A DNA stretch of 63,459 nt, counting the filler, from Asterionella formosa (lineage: Eukaryota): assembly GCA_002256025.1 (NCBI GenBank). It is 6 parts of 6 records of this genome, joined end to end, with 100 filler letters (N's around TTAATTAATTAA, not from the genome) between each part and the next. Parts side by side here need not be neighbours in the genome. Positions count along the whole stretch, not along the records: positions 21,203 to 31,694 come from NKIB01009454.1; positions 31,795 to 42,284 come from NKIB01009456.1; 4 more parts are not named here. The stretch is one strand, 5' to 3'. Below are positions 24,091 through 37,635 of the stretch, piece by piece. Positions within the stretch are counted from its first letter, which is position 1; each line of letters starts with the position of its first letter. The position numbers and the translations under genes are program-made. The notes under the pieces were generated by a model that did no database searches, was not told where the DNA came from, and saw only the letters and a list, made by a program, of their open reading frames with translations.

Positions 24091-24820
24091 CAAATAACAA
24101 GGAAAAACGACACAACAATGAACATGATGGCTGGTTGTGGAGGATACCGGTATGTGATATGCATGCATCCAAATCACAAATGATATTACTATGGTGATGT
24201 ATATATCAATGCATCTGTTTACTACTTATATTCTATTCACAATATAATACTATCATATCAACTATATTCTTTTACTGTATACATTAAAGGTTGAATATAT
24301 ATATTAACTAGTATAACATCATTCAATGCTATGTATCATATGTTGGTGATGCATGTATCGAAGTAGCCCTATCATAATATCGCATTATCATCTTGTCAAT
24401 CATTCCTGGAACTGTATTCTGCATTGTACTACGCAGTATGATACTATAACACGCACTTTAGAAGCTAAGTCACTGCTATAGCTAATGTTTACAAGTCGAC
24501 AGTGTATGTTCACACACGCTAAGAAGGTTCGAGGGAACAAAGAGTTCCAACGAGCAAATGATGATACAGGTACCAATTTTTCCAGTGGCAAACCACAACG
24601 ATGAAGGACACTTGTCCCTCTATTGATGATGACACGGACACCGGCTTTTTCATGAGCAAACAACAATGACGAGGGCCACTTTCTGTCGCTCTCTTGATGG
24701 TATCAAAGATGCAGACAAGTTCAATAGTAAATACAAGTACAGCATGCCAAATGCAGAAACGAGCAATATGAAAAAGAAATTGTAATCAGAATCATTCTAC
24801 AACTTTAGCTATGTGGACTT

Positions 24821-25441
24821 CAGTCTGTTACATTTTCCTATCTCCTTCTATGCTGAATCTCAATAGTAGACGTAGTATCATGTGAGCATTGAAAATGTGG
24901 ACGAGAGCAAGTAGAATGTGTTTGTTTACGAGTTGATTGGCGAGATTGTAATGCTGGTGCTTGACGAAATGGATTTGCTATGTGCGCTGTGTGCGGAACC
25001 ATTACGAGTTTGAATGATTTCTTCTCTCCTGTAAACTCTTAATTGAATGATTATGAACAACGTTTCACTGCACATGACAATTACTCAAAGATATAGTAAT
25101 GATCACTGGACCAACAATCGAAGAAGTTATCGCAAACAATCATTCCGCTTGTCATCGCTAGTATTTCGTTGTTGTTGTTGCAAAAATCGGAGTGATGACG
25201 GATGGAAATGACGAGCCAAATTACGTTACTTTAGCTGGTACATTATCCTACCAAGAAATTCAAATACAGGAATCTAATAGAAACAATACATATAATAATT
25301 AAATATACATAGTCAAAAGGGTTACTATTTCAATTACGAGGGCATTTATTAAAATTATTAGATAATGTAACAAAAAATTATGATCAGATGATCACAATCC
25401 TATGATTCATCATAAGAATTTGATGGTTTTTATATGCAGAC
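24821..25441 (-). repeat. Dispersed ~630-bp non-coding repeat, copy 2
   Basis: Reverse complement of 19840-20471. Confidence 0.9.
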
Positions 25442-28095
25442 ATAGTTTATATTGATACATTCTGTAGAACACGATTCTCAAACCAATAAGACAAGCAATG
25501 CATGTTCATTCTTGCAGCTAGATGCTGTAACTAATCGCAAGATTGCTTGGCTACTCATACTTCCAGGAGTCCCTATTACTATGAGTAACAGGAGTTTACT
25601 TCATAGCAACTGAGCCGGCTGATCCTTCTCATTGTTCAGATTGATTGTTCGTTGTTGAAATAGGGAAACATTTGCAGAGTGAGTTGATGAGAAAACAAAA
25701 GTTGTGAAGCCATGATTTCGGTTTTGTTGTGCTCCTTACCATGTTGCCCATTGACCAACCCAGCCCTCATCAAATTGATTGTCTGCAATCAATGAACAAC
25801 AGTCGCAGAGTGAGTTCATGAACAAAAGATTGTTAGTACAAAGGAATCCAATTAAAAATGCGAAAGACAAATGATTGATGAACCTGCCTTACACAGAGCA
25901 CAACACATTTCATTCTTCCCAAGGTTAACCCTGCCCTGCCAAAAACAGTTTGATTGTTGTAGGAAAAGAACAAGGTTCGCAGAGTATGTTCATGACTGAC
26001 CACTGCTCCAATTCCAAACAGGAAAAAGAAGAGGAAAAACGAAATGGCGGTAGAGGAACTACAACCACAATAAAACATAGTTCCGAACACAAGTCAAAAA
26101 AAACACAATAAAACGTAGTTCCGAACACAAGTCGAAGAACACAATGGTGCAGAGCAACAAGAGGAAGAACGACAACAATGTAACACACAACCTATCTCCA
26201 TTTTCCAAAATATTAACTGCTTACCATATATTTCTCGAACTTTCAGATGCATCCTTTCTGCACTACTGACAAGGAATAGCAAAAAATTGCCTGTCTGTCT
26301 CTTCCAGAACTGGCCCACAACAGAGTCCTCGTTGCTTTTCTGGAAGCAAAGAACACGATTCACAGAGTAAGATCAGCCAGGATGGCTGCTTAAGCTCACA
26401 CAAGAAATTTTTCCATTTATTAACAAACAATGAATATTCAGTTCAAACGGAGGGCAAAGAACAAGTAAGAAAAGGGTATACAGCCACCACAGTAGCCACA
26501 ATGCACCACCAGCCAGCTCCTTGTTTCCAACAATAAGATCAAAAGGGATAACATTAGAAACAACAGTGATAGCGACAATGTCAAGAACAACAACGACAAC
26601 AACCACAATGCAAAATGCATTTTACCACGAAAGTGATATTTTGTTCCTTTACCATGTTCTAGTCAGCAGCTGTTTTCCATTAAAAGAAACCTGGCGCAGA
26701 CGGTCCTCCTCATATACCTTCGCTTTGTACTAGCCATGTGTACATTTTACATAACAAAAAGATGGCGCGCAGTCTATGCTTTGTCAGTATACTTTTTGGC
26801 AAGCAATTCAGAACTCACGAAAATCTGACTTACATGGTCAATCGTCAGGATTTTTAACGTTGTGATTTGCAATCGATTAGTAATGGTAATGCTATATGGC
26901 CCTAAATAGGATGTCTGAATTAATTCAACTTTTTTCCCACCTTTTCGGAGCGTCTACAAGCAAAACTACCGCTACAACAATGACTCTAACAAGGAAAGTT
27001 TCTAGGTTTGGGAAATCTATAGAATATGCGAATTTTGTTACACAGAAATAGCCGTTGCGTGTATTCGCGTCCATCTGATGATCATGTCATTGTCGTCAGT
27101 AGAAAATAGGAGCTGCAACCAAAGTTACTTTCTTTTCGGAAAGGCTATAATTTGTCTACAATGATTCATTTATCAAATAAAATTGGGTTAACAAAGCAAA
27201 GGATCAGAAACATTGGTAGATATGTTTTATATACTGGTACTACCCGGAGTTCTATAGAAAAAAGAGGCGCATACCGGTACTATATTAGTGTTCATCGAAT
27301 ATCGTTGTAGTCACTCGAAAATGAGAGGTATTTCCGAGATACTTCAAATAGTCAACAGTGATATCTCTAGCAAGTGGCTAGCATTAGGGAAAGTAGCAAT
27401 GGATGGCTGTGTAGCTGTGTTAAATCGAATTGAATGAGATAATTTATTTTGTGGTTTTACAAATGATGGGTCGAATATCTATATCGTTGTCTCTTGCTAT
27501 AAAACAAATACCAGTACATAATCGCTATTTAATCGATGCATAGCTACTGTAAGAAACATTCATGGTTTCGGGAGTCCACAGATTTTTAATGGAGGCCCAA
27601 TAGAAAAGAATCTTAAATTCTTGTGTAAATTACCAGCCAGGACCTCCCAGAAACGCAAAAGTGTGATGGATATTCAAAGTGGGGCGAGAATGGTGGAGAA
27701 CATGGTGATCGGAACCGCTTGTAGTCAGTTTCTTGGCGAAGATATTGAAGAATTACAGGACAAGTTGGAAGCTGTCCCAGTTGACATTGGAATTGTGAAA
27801 TCCAAAACAGGAGGTTCTCGATATTCTCTTTTGATCAAGTAGCATTTGCAAAACCAGTCGCAGCCGCTCTGCCTGAGCAATCCTGTTTCATTCTTGATTT
27901 GCTTGATGATATGATAGCATAAAGCAACTGATAAAAGAAATGTTTAAAAAAACTGGTAGATGAAGATGTGGAAATGATTCATATTACTACAAAAGAAACA
28001 AACAAGGGAAGTAACATGATATAATTATTAATTTTGATAGAACTCATTAATCTCCTCGATTTACTAGTAAGGTAGTAGGAGATGCTAAGCATGAT

Positions 28096-31000
28096 TTACT
28101 CATTTACTAACATTGCAGACGATTCATAGTCGGAATCATCCACTTTGGATTGGTCCTCCTCATCTAACTTGGAATCAGATTTTTCCCCACCAGTAGAGTT
28201 TTCACAACTAGTTGAGGACACAGCAGAAGACGAGGTTTCAGAGGAGGATTGTGTTGTAGATTGAGAACGTGAAAGATTCTCGCCATCAGCAGGGACATGG
28301 ATGAGAACTTTTACTGGGATGGAAACATTCTCAGAAAGAATAGAATATTTCTGAAGGCCTTTTTGGGGCATCGTATTATGTATTTCTTTTTTAGCAACAA
28401 TAATCTCATTCTTTGAAAAGACAGGTGGGATAGTAGGTTGGATTCGTTGTCACTACTTCTCAATAGACTTGAGAAATTCCAAAGAAGGAACATTCTCTGA
28501 GAAAATGGAGGAACTATCTTTGTCTTGGCTTTGCGTATTCGGTTTGTTGTTGGTGTGCTTTGTTGTAGACACAGGTTTCGGACCAGGTTTGACATGATCC
28601 TGCTGGAGGGGGGGGGGGGGGGATTTTTTTATTTTTTTTTGTTAGCCATGGTTTCCCCTAATGTTTTACCCCAGGCACCTTCATATTCGATTTTTTAACA
28701 GACTTGAGAGAAATTCTAAAGAAGAACAATCCTCTGAGACAATGGAAAATTCTCTGATTGAACTGCTGATTCAATAACTGAACCATGAGTAATATTTGAA
28801 GCATAATTCTTGGCGGTCGAGTCGAATCTCAAGTGGACAGGATTTTTGACTGGACTAGGAACATTGTTTAGCAAAGCTGGTGGAGTTGTGAGCATAGTAT
28901 CTTTGGCCTTTAAAATGTTCTTTTTCTTGGTGACCATGATTTCTTGCTCGATTTTTATGCCCCTTATTGTTAATGCTGTGCAAAGGTGGTGAAGGTAGGA
29001 CCGGAACATCAATAACTCTCTTGGAGTCATCCCTGTTGGAAACGCCAAAAGTAGGCGGGTCTGGAAAAATGTGCATCCACTTAGCACTTGCTCTCTTCCA
29101 CACCCTTTTTCCCGGTGATAGGCGTCTTGCTATTCTTTTTCGTCAAAACTTCAATTGACGATGGGGACATACTTGTTCTGCATACTACAAGCACTCCTGG
29201 CGAAATTGGTAGTAGGCTGCATCAGTCTGATAGAGCAAGCTTGAAATATTTGCTGTGTTTGTGACACTTTTTTTACTGCCTTGAGTGCTGAACCTTTGAG
29301 TGGTGATTGCTTGGCGTGAGCCAAGAGGTCCTCCTTGACTAACTTGCTTCGACCTTATTCCACGGTGGGACAGGATGAGTTCCAGCTTAATCACATTCTG
29401 GTTACTTTTGTCGAAATTGACAACAGAAGGTAGTTCAGGATTGACACAATGGAGGAGGTCACTCTTTGATACAGTTGCCTTTGCCTCACTACTATCATCA
29501 TCTGTTAGACTAATCACATCATGACATTGTCCTTGGAAGAAATTCGTGATCTCTTGGAAGTAGAACTAGAAGGGGGCCAGGACGCTTTCGACCATTTTGT
29601 GATTATTGGCACAGCAACTTGTTTGGACTCCGGTTTGGACACCATTTTGCTGGAAGTGGCAGCTGATTTGGAATCCGGTTTGGATTCATTTTTCCTGTTT
29701 ATGCCAGCTGGTTGAGAGTCTGGTTTCGATACTTTTTTGCTGGGAATTGCGGCTGGTTTGTAGTCTGATTCAGATTCTTCGTAAGGACTAGTTACAAGCA
29801 TTGATGCAACAACTAGGCTCCTGGCTGTTGACTTCGCAGCATTGTAAGCACTTGCCTTGTATGTGACGGCTTTGTTAGCATCTTGTTTGGTAGTAGCCTT
29901 GGCAGAAGGCTTGAGTGCAACAGCTTTCGCAGCAACAGTTCTTGGAGGAGCCTTCGCCCTCATCTTTGCAGCTTTCGTTGGAAAACCCTTCTGTTACACT
30001 CAGGATCGTGTTGATCCTGCTGTAGTTATAGATGCAGCCTTCTGTATAGTGCCTCTCTTCGCACGCTTTCCTAACGCATAAGAAGGAGTTTCGAAGCGGG
30101 CATACTCTGACCTGATAGCTGCCTTGTTCGCATTCATCAACTCTGTCAGGCGATGAATGCATAAAAAGAAATGTGTGAATGAATAAATGATACAGCATAT
30201 ACAGTAAACAAAAAAGCCTTTTGGTTGCTTGTAGATGAAACCCCCAATTGGAAGAAACATCGAGTACACATAGGCTTGCTCTTCCAATTGATAATCAAGG
30301 AGATCAGAATGAGTGGTTGAAGGAAGACTCCCAGCTAAATTTGTTCGCAAATGCATGATAGGGAATGTCTCGAAATTGGCTGGTTCTGGCATATCAGGTA
30401 CATAATTGTATGAATCAACTTCGCCATTGTTCTTGTTCCTCTCATCATGAAGAAGATCTTCAAGATGATGATTGATCCTGTCCATCCAAGAATGGGATTC
30501 CAGTGTCTAGCTAAAATCCTAAGGATTTATACCACTCAAACGCATCGCCCAGGACCTAGGCCAAAACTGGTTGATGTTGGAAAGGACATCCTGGGTATGT
30601 ACGCACAGTTCCAGCAGGCTTCCTCATCGATATGAAGACGAGTAGGAGCAGCTTGGATCATCAATAGACCCATGCCACGTTCTTTGTGCCTGTGCAAATC
30701 ATGGGTTGAGTATTGATAACTTGTCACTAGATATTGAATACAAGCAATAGGAGTTGGAAACTCTTTTTCCTCTACAACAACCATAGCTACGGGCTTGAAC
30801 TTCTTCTACAAGTTCTCCCTCTCTTCAATGGTAATGACGACGTTGGCATGACATTTCTTCTGCAGCTGATTTGCATATAATGCTTGGTTGGTAACAACGG
30901 AATTCCAATCATTACCAAACTATGATTTGGACAAGAAACTCATAATCTCACTGATTTCCTAAGGGATTTTAGAGGTGGCGAAGGTGTCAAGGGGAATTTG

Positions 31001-31677
31001 GGTAATCCTAGCTTAACACTTGTACTGCCTACTATCATCAGCATTAGGGTCATGTAATTTGATGCGACCAATGTACAATCTTCCTAGTAGGGGAGCCACA
31101 ACACTTTTACTCACATGATTGAAAAAAGCAAGAAAATAGAGAAGTGGATAATCCACATGAGTCCTGTATCCCTCGTGGATCAGACTCATGGACTCAGGGC
31201 GGCTGAAGGGAACCAACCAAAAGCGTCAAGGGATAAAGGACTCATTCTCATACACGTTGATCAATCGAAGAAAGAGTTCCTTCATGGACAATTCAGGATC
31301 TCTCTGGAAATCCTTGAGCATCCCAATCTCAAGTTACTTGTCCATACTGTCGCAAGTACTCTTAACCTGGTCAGCAGTGAAAAGAGCACTGAAGCTCTTC
31401 TTGATATGTTAATGAGGATACATAGTATCATCATCACCATAGTACTAAGCCCTGCGATCCTCGAAAGGATAGAAACCATCGGAAATCTTGGCTGGTCTGT
31501 TCTTGTGCGAGAAAGAAGTCTCGAAAGGAGAAAGGAAGGAGACAATAGGAAAATGAGGCAATTGTTGCGAAAACAATTAGAGAAACATAGAGTCACGTGA
31601 GGACGGCTGGCAAACAGGCAGCCAGTAGTTGCAATATTTTGTGTCCAAATCCTACCTGTACTAGATAAAAAATACAA
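28096..31677 (-). pseudogene. Long degenerate coding remnant of unknown family with K/S/A-rich low-complexity segments
   Basis: A chain of minus-strand ORF fragments (30000-30485, 29514-29963, 29185-29517, 28716-29087, 28096-28371) is linked by stops and frameshifts. No domain was recognised. Confidence 0.35.
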
Positions 31678-31694
31678 GACAAATTCTTGGAGTA

Positions 31695-31794
31695 NNNNNN
31701 NNNNNNNNNNNNNNNNNNNNNNNNNNNNNNNNNNNNNNTTAATTAATTAANNNNNNNNNNNNNNNNNNNNNNNNNNNNNNNNNNNNNNNNNNNN
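31695..31794. other. Artificial contig linker
   Basis: N44-TTAATTAATTAA-N44. Confidence 0.99.
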
Positions 31795-32878
31795 TAATAC
31801 TTGCATGCATTAGTCGACCTCTATTCAAAGGGTTTTAATTGGGGTCTGCTTAACATTTTTCTAATTTTAGTCCAAAAACGGGGTAATATAGTGGTCTTAA
31901 GCAGTTTTTGACTGGTACCAGGTACCTTTCATTTACCTAGCTGATACTACGGTGGTTATATACTGTGTAGTGTGTTTGTTAGTCTGCAGTGGTTTATTTT
32001 TGCCATGAAAATTTTCCCTTGCTTCCTCATGTTAATTAATTCTTAGTTCTCTTCTGCCCCCATCGCATGCCTACTGATGCGTGAATTTTGGTTTGCAATA
32101 AGCCGAGATGCCGGGATTCCTTGACTTGAAGTGAAGCGGTGCAGATCAGGACAATAACTCCCAGAATACTTGAACGAACAGCAATAGTATCTCCAAGTGC
32201 CAGCCAGATTCTAAAGCGTTGCAATTTATAATATGATCGCCGTTGATTCATCGTCCGATTGATGAAAGTTTGTTGAAAATAAAATGATAAAGTGAGAGGC
32301 GAGGTAGCTGGTGCCAGTGAGAGACACTAGAAGTACAAAGTAGTGCTTCAAAATTACAGAACTATTCCCTGAATTTTAGATATTATTGCATCTAGCCGTT
32401 CGCTCCTGTCCTGGATCTTGAACGGTGGCGGCGGCAAGTGTTCGCTTGTGCTTCCAAGTCGAACAAGCGTTTCAGCAGTGTTTCCCTCGGTTTCTTATGT
32501 TTCTTCTCCTTCATGTATTGTTAAATCCATCATTCTACTTGACTGGTGTTTTCGTAATATGACTCCTTCTTTCAGGCACATGTGCATTTCTATTTCGAGT
32601 TGTTTCGCCGGGAAAGAAGCCAACGAAAAGATTGCTTGGTGTAAGCAATCTAGAGTCACCTTGTTTCCACTTTGTAAGTATAGACAAGAAGGAAGTAACC
32701 ACAGCTATCCTATTATTGTATAACCATATCGAATTCTGCAATGACGAGATGGAGATTATGTCTGGAAACGTGCGCGACGCCCATTTATAACATTCATGTT
32801 CATCCAGGCAGACATGCGCTAAGCTCACATTATGTTCCTTGGAAACTGCCCTACCCAAACTTTGCTCATGAAAATTCA

Positions 32879-33478
32879 TTAAAGTTCCTCATTTCCCTTC
32901 TCCAACGCCTTCAAGATGTTGAGACGTTGGTGCAACCACTGCTTGAGCTCTGCTTTCATCGAGTCGCCCTTCATCTTATCGAGTCGTTCGATTTGCTTGG
33001 CACGAGCCTCCGACGTCGCGGCCTTCATCTTCTCGATAAATCCAATCTCCTTTTCGGTGCACTCTGTTGGGTTGTTCACATCACACTTGACCTCAAGCTT
33101 GTCCACCACATGCTTCTTGAGAGAGTCCAAGTCCCTAGGTCCCTGGAAATCCTCACCACTCATGTTCCCATCTACAAAGTACTTGAGGGTTGGATAGCCC
33201 TGAACTCCAAACTTCTCGCACAAAGATTTAGCCCCTTCTGTGCAATCGGCGTCCCCGATCAGCACGGACGATGAAGCTGCATACTCCTCGGCTAGCTTGT
33301 CCCAATCTGGCTTGATCGCCTTGCAATGACCACACCAAGGCGCAAAAAACTTGACAAAGCCGTTCTTTCCAGCCATTTTTTGCTCAAAGTTCTCAAGGGT
33401 CAGTTCTACTGCACCAGCGTTCGCCATGGAGGCAACAAAGGCGATCGTGGTGACAACGTAAAGTAGCTTGTTCATCAT
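32879..33478 (-). CDS. Single-thioredoxin-domain protein disulfide isomerase, ER resident
   Basis: Signal peptide, VKFFAPWCGHCK active site, GVQGYPTLKYF and a C-terminal NEEL retention-like signal. Intact and intronless. Confidence 0.92.
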   Translation of the reverse strand: MMNKLLYVVTTIAFVASMANAGAVELTLENFEQKMAGKNGFVKFFAPWCGHCKAIKPDWDKLAEEYAASSSVLIGDADCTEGAKSLCEKFGVQGYPTLKYFVDGNMSGEDFQGPRDLDSLKKHVVDKLEVKCDVNNPTECTEKEIGFIEKMKAATSEARAKQIERLDKMKGDSMKAELKQWLHQRLNILKALEKGNEEL

Positions 33479-33723
33479 GATTGGAATTGAATAACAAGAG
33501 TATTGTGTTTGTGGATTTCCTCGTTTCTATGCTGCAACCATATCTATCGGGTAGTATTATTTACCTGTATGTAATATAGGTACCGCTACCGGTATTTATA
33601 CTGGAGTAATAGTGCTTGTATGATTCAATAGCACACCGTCAGTTTCGTTGTGGGCCTTTTTTTTTAAAGGTTTCCATTATCACACCTGGGGGTCGTTCTG
33701 TCTCAGGTACCTGGTACCAGGTA

Positions 33724-33821
33724 GAAGCAAGTTGCGGTGATTTTGCTGAAACTAAAGGTTTAGCTATCTTTATCCCAGATTAAAATGTGTTAAGTTAAGC
33801 AAAATGACCGCAACTTGCAGG
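33724..33821 (+). mobile_element. MITE copy 1 (98 bp, ~24-bp TIRs, TA flanks)
   Basis: TA|gaagcaagttgcggtgattttgct ... agcaaaatgaccgcaacttgcagg|TA. The three outermost left bases are degenerate. Confidence 0.8.
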
Positions 33822-33920
33822 TACCGGTAGATATATGGATTGCCACCACAGCACATAACAGATACTCTATCAGTACCACTCCCCTGCTTTACAGTACTAC
33901 ATTTTACGGAGTACCAGGTA

Positions 33921-34022
33921 CCAGCAAGTTACGGTCATTTGGCTTAAATAAACAATTGAATTCAGGATAAAGATACCGGTAGCTAAACTTTTGGTTTCAG
34001 CACAATTACCGCAACTTGCAGG
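33921..34022 (-). mobile_element. MITE copy 2 (102 bp, inverted relative to copy 1, TA flanks)
   Basis: TA|ccagcaagttacggtcatttggct ... agcacaattaccgcaacttgcagg|TA. The interior is the reverse complement of copy 1 with an extra CCGGTA. Confidence 0.8.
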
Positions 34023-37000
34023 TACCGGTACCAGGTATGCGAAGTAACTTCGACACAATTACCGTCTCGTCCGTTTCGTCTTTCTCCATATGTAGTCTGT
34101 GTAGAAGCTTCGTAGGTACTTTGCTGGAATATTTTAAATCGGTCCATAGAATACTAAAGTAGCGAGCCAGGGATAGAGAGTTACTAAGTAGGAATAGCGT
34201 AATGGTTTTTTGGGTTCGGTGCTAAGTAAGAAACATGTCACGTTCCCAAATCCGTGTTCAAAAATCCGGATCCACTCTCCGGCTTCTGCGGCAGTTGAGT
34301 TGCGCTTTGCCATGGGAGGGACTTAGGGTGGGTGATTTAGACTATAAATTGCAAAAGGCTTGGCGATGCTTTAGACTGCTTCTCTGAATCGTTATTCAAA
34401 GAATTGTGTGCTCCCCCTGCACTAATTCACTGATGTTTACCTCGCGTGGTTGCTGTATTCTCCATTGCCTTAGCAGCCGACTCTTTAGTTGTTCGATTTA
34501 ACTCTAAAGCTAGAGCTTAATAGTCGCGTTGTTGCTACTATATTAATCTCTCAGCTTTGACTCCTTCGATTCATGTCACGTCGTTTATTCAGTCCGGTGC
34601 TCGCCTGGTATAACTCCATCGCGTCTGTCCTTGTCCGTAATATCAAGTAAACAGACTGGTGCCAGTACCACCTAAAATCTGAGAGCCAATGTTCACACTA
34701 CCTTACGTCTAAAATTATCGAAGTTTCTTAAATGAAAAATTTTGGACCAAGGACAAACGTTATTGTAGCTTAAGGTTGCGGCCCCAGCTTAACCCTAGTT
34801 TGGAGAAAAAATCGCTAGGGTTATTGCTATTGCAATTGTTTTCTTCACCAGTTCAATAAATTTCCCCGGTTACTCCAAACATTTTGGGAATCTTTGGTAA
34901 GTAGTCATGAACTACTTCCAGACTGGCAACCATGTCAGGAGTTTCCTTACATCTAGCCTTTGCTCTTGCTTTGGAAAGGGGAAAATTCGTGTCAAGCAAA
35001 TCCGATTCGAAGGACTCAGTGGACATAGAAACAAGATCATCCACACAAACCTGATGATCATTACTTGGAATAAAAATGGAAAAGAAGAACTTCGATGTAG
35101 AAATGGAGACCACATGACGCCGATGATCTTCAATTGGAATGACAGGAATGACTAGCTAATTCCATCGGCTTGTCAGGAAGGAATGCTTCCCAATTTTGAT
35201 ATTTACTCTCAAATGTATCCGAAATGGTGCTAAGAAGTTTATTTCTCTTTTCATCTGTATCAAGACCAGTACTAACAATTTTGTTAAAAATACATGGATA
35301 ATTAGAAACTCCCAAATAACAGAGAAGTTCATTAACATCATTGGACTCATTTTCACTTCAATTGTTGCTGTACTATGCATATTATCGCTGAATGAAAAAA
35401 ATACATTTATGTATTATGTATACTTACCTGTACCAATTTGTAAGGCATAAAACATATTATAATATAAATATCTTGCATGGCAATGAAGTTGCGACATAGC
35501 TAATGTAGTATACCGGTAATGCCTCTGACATTGTTGTTCATCAATTGTGAACATCCGCAGTACCAGGGTATCTGGTAGTAGTCTATTTCACATGCATGTA
35601 GAGATACATCATATGACCAATATATGAATATTTATTGTGCCGGAACTAGAATACTGGTATACCAGTATGTGGATTTATGGCACGTATGTACGTCCATGTC
35701 CTACTGGGTATATGTAGTAAAACACATTTGAAGTAGTTTACAATTGGCTGGTAGCTTTATTTCTCTGAGTCAGGCGGCATATTGTGTGATTCGCCATTTG
35801 TTAGCCTGTAAGGCGATTTCTCAAAGCAAATAAAATTATGATTGTCATTTGAAACTCGCTGTTAATTCATGATTATGAAAAGTTCAAATTCTATACTTTG
35901 CCCATGATCATACAGTTAAAGAATATAGTAAGAATCAAAGTTCATACTACGAATAAGCACTAAGTGGTTTGTGGTATCAACTTATTGTCTTGTACATCAA
36001 CTTCTAAATAGTGCCTCTAATATTGCCCGAAGGAATTATATTGCTTAAAACAATGGGATAATAAAAAACCTAATAAAAGGTATGATTGTCATTTCAAACC
36101 CACTTCTATTCATGATTCACGTGGGGATGCTAATTACTGATTTATTCTGCTGACCTGACACTGCTACTTCCTGATTCATGATGTCTGTGCGCTCAAGTCA
36201 GCAGCATATAAACAATCTCTCCAATCATCAATGAGAATGGAAGTCTCATGATTAAGGCCACAAGCAAAATACTGTGCCGCCATCTGGTTCATCTTCACTC
36301 TGATCCACAGCTCATCCTGACGAACAGATTCTAAATATGAATCAATGTCGGCCGCGTTAGGCAAATCATGATCAATAAATCATCTTCTGGATTTCATATG
36401 GTAAACGGGCGTGGCCTTCAATGGATTGTTCTCCCATTGGAGTAACAAAAAAATCTGACCTCGCCGGCGTGATTCCCATTCAAAATCGAAATGAGAAAAC
36501 ATTTGTTACAAGACTAAGATCTTCGTCTTCCCCATGAGAAGTTAACTTGTGAGGGAATTGACTAGCACACATGGCGTAATAGAAGGGAAGAAATACGATT
36601 ATTTGAATGGAGATACATGAAATGCAACAATGCATGTAATTTTCTGGTACATGTTTTTACATATGTGTAATGAAATCAGTGTATAGTCACAACCTGAGAA
36701 AAAATCAATTGATAGAACAGAAAAATTGGTTGACATAGCATAATTTTTCTCAAAAGAATAAAAGTTAAGCTTAATCAAAAACAAATTGGAACATAAACTA
36801 AATTAAATGTTAGATCAAATGGGGTTTTTATTCACAGATGTGGTGGAATAAGAAATTGCCCACAAAGGGACTGTCTCTTTGTCATTTATAAGTCTATATA
36901 TTTAGGAACTCATCTTGAAGACCCAGTAGTAGTAAAAAGTATATGCATCCTTTGCATGCAGTATCATTACATATTGCTACAGACTTAAATTTCTGAAGGA

Positions 37001-37635
37001 GAAAGTTGATGGCACTCTGCCAAGAATAACAATCAACTCTATGCATGATGTTGTCACTTGGTAGGCTAGGTCTCCTTGTAGTACCACATCTAAGCCTCGA
37101 AATACACACTTTTCGAAATTTCATCTGCATAGGAATGTTAATTAGAATGTGGTACTTCACATGAATTAACGCCACTCTTCCCATAGATAAGGTTACTTTT
37201 ACGGTTTCATGTGAAGTTTTCATGATGAACTTTTGACTCGATACTGAATTAGTAGAGGTTCAAATAATTCATTTCAGAGTTCAACTAAGATCCTGCTGTC
37301 GTGTATAATTAATTTAAGACACGCACCTTCATTTAAGAAAATAGTAACGATTTTTTTGGTGTCTAATTTCATGCATGGACAATCAACAATTTACGGTTGA
37401 GCACATCACGTAAATATGAACTCCTCTGGTCAAAAAGAATACTCTTCGTTGTTATGATTAACATTCATACAGTGAGTTCAAGACGAACTATTTAATATTA
37501 AAATTAATTAATTTCAAAGTTCAAGATATTCTCTATTTTACCGGTAGTTGACAAACCTTCAGATAAATGATTGAAGGACCTTCTGATTATAGTTGAATGG
37601 CCCTAAAGATAAATAGTTGAAAGAACTTTGCAAAA

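Noticed and set aside
23817..24197. ORFs with IVLYC/YNTIQ repeats
   Set aside because: They are translations of the (CAATA)24 microsatellite.
19840..25441. The inverted 630-bp pair as TIRs of one 5.6-kb transposon
   Set aside because: The two copies lie on different contigs separated by an artificial linker, so their orientation and spacing are arbitrary.
26066..26133. 38-bp-period direct repeat, and similar small palindromes such as 53337-53360
   Set aside because: Only two copies or a very short stem, consistent with ordinary local duplication, with no further structure.
32740..33478. Selenoprotein PDI with a SECIS element
   Set aside because: The active site is encoded TGT (WCGHC), not TGA, and I could not fold a convincing SECIS in the 3' flank.
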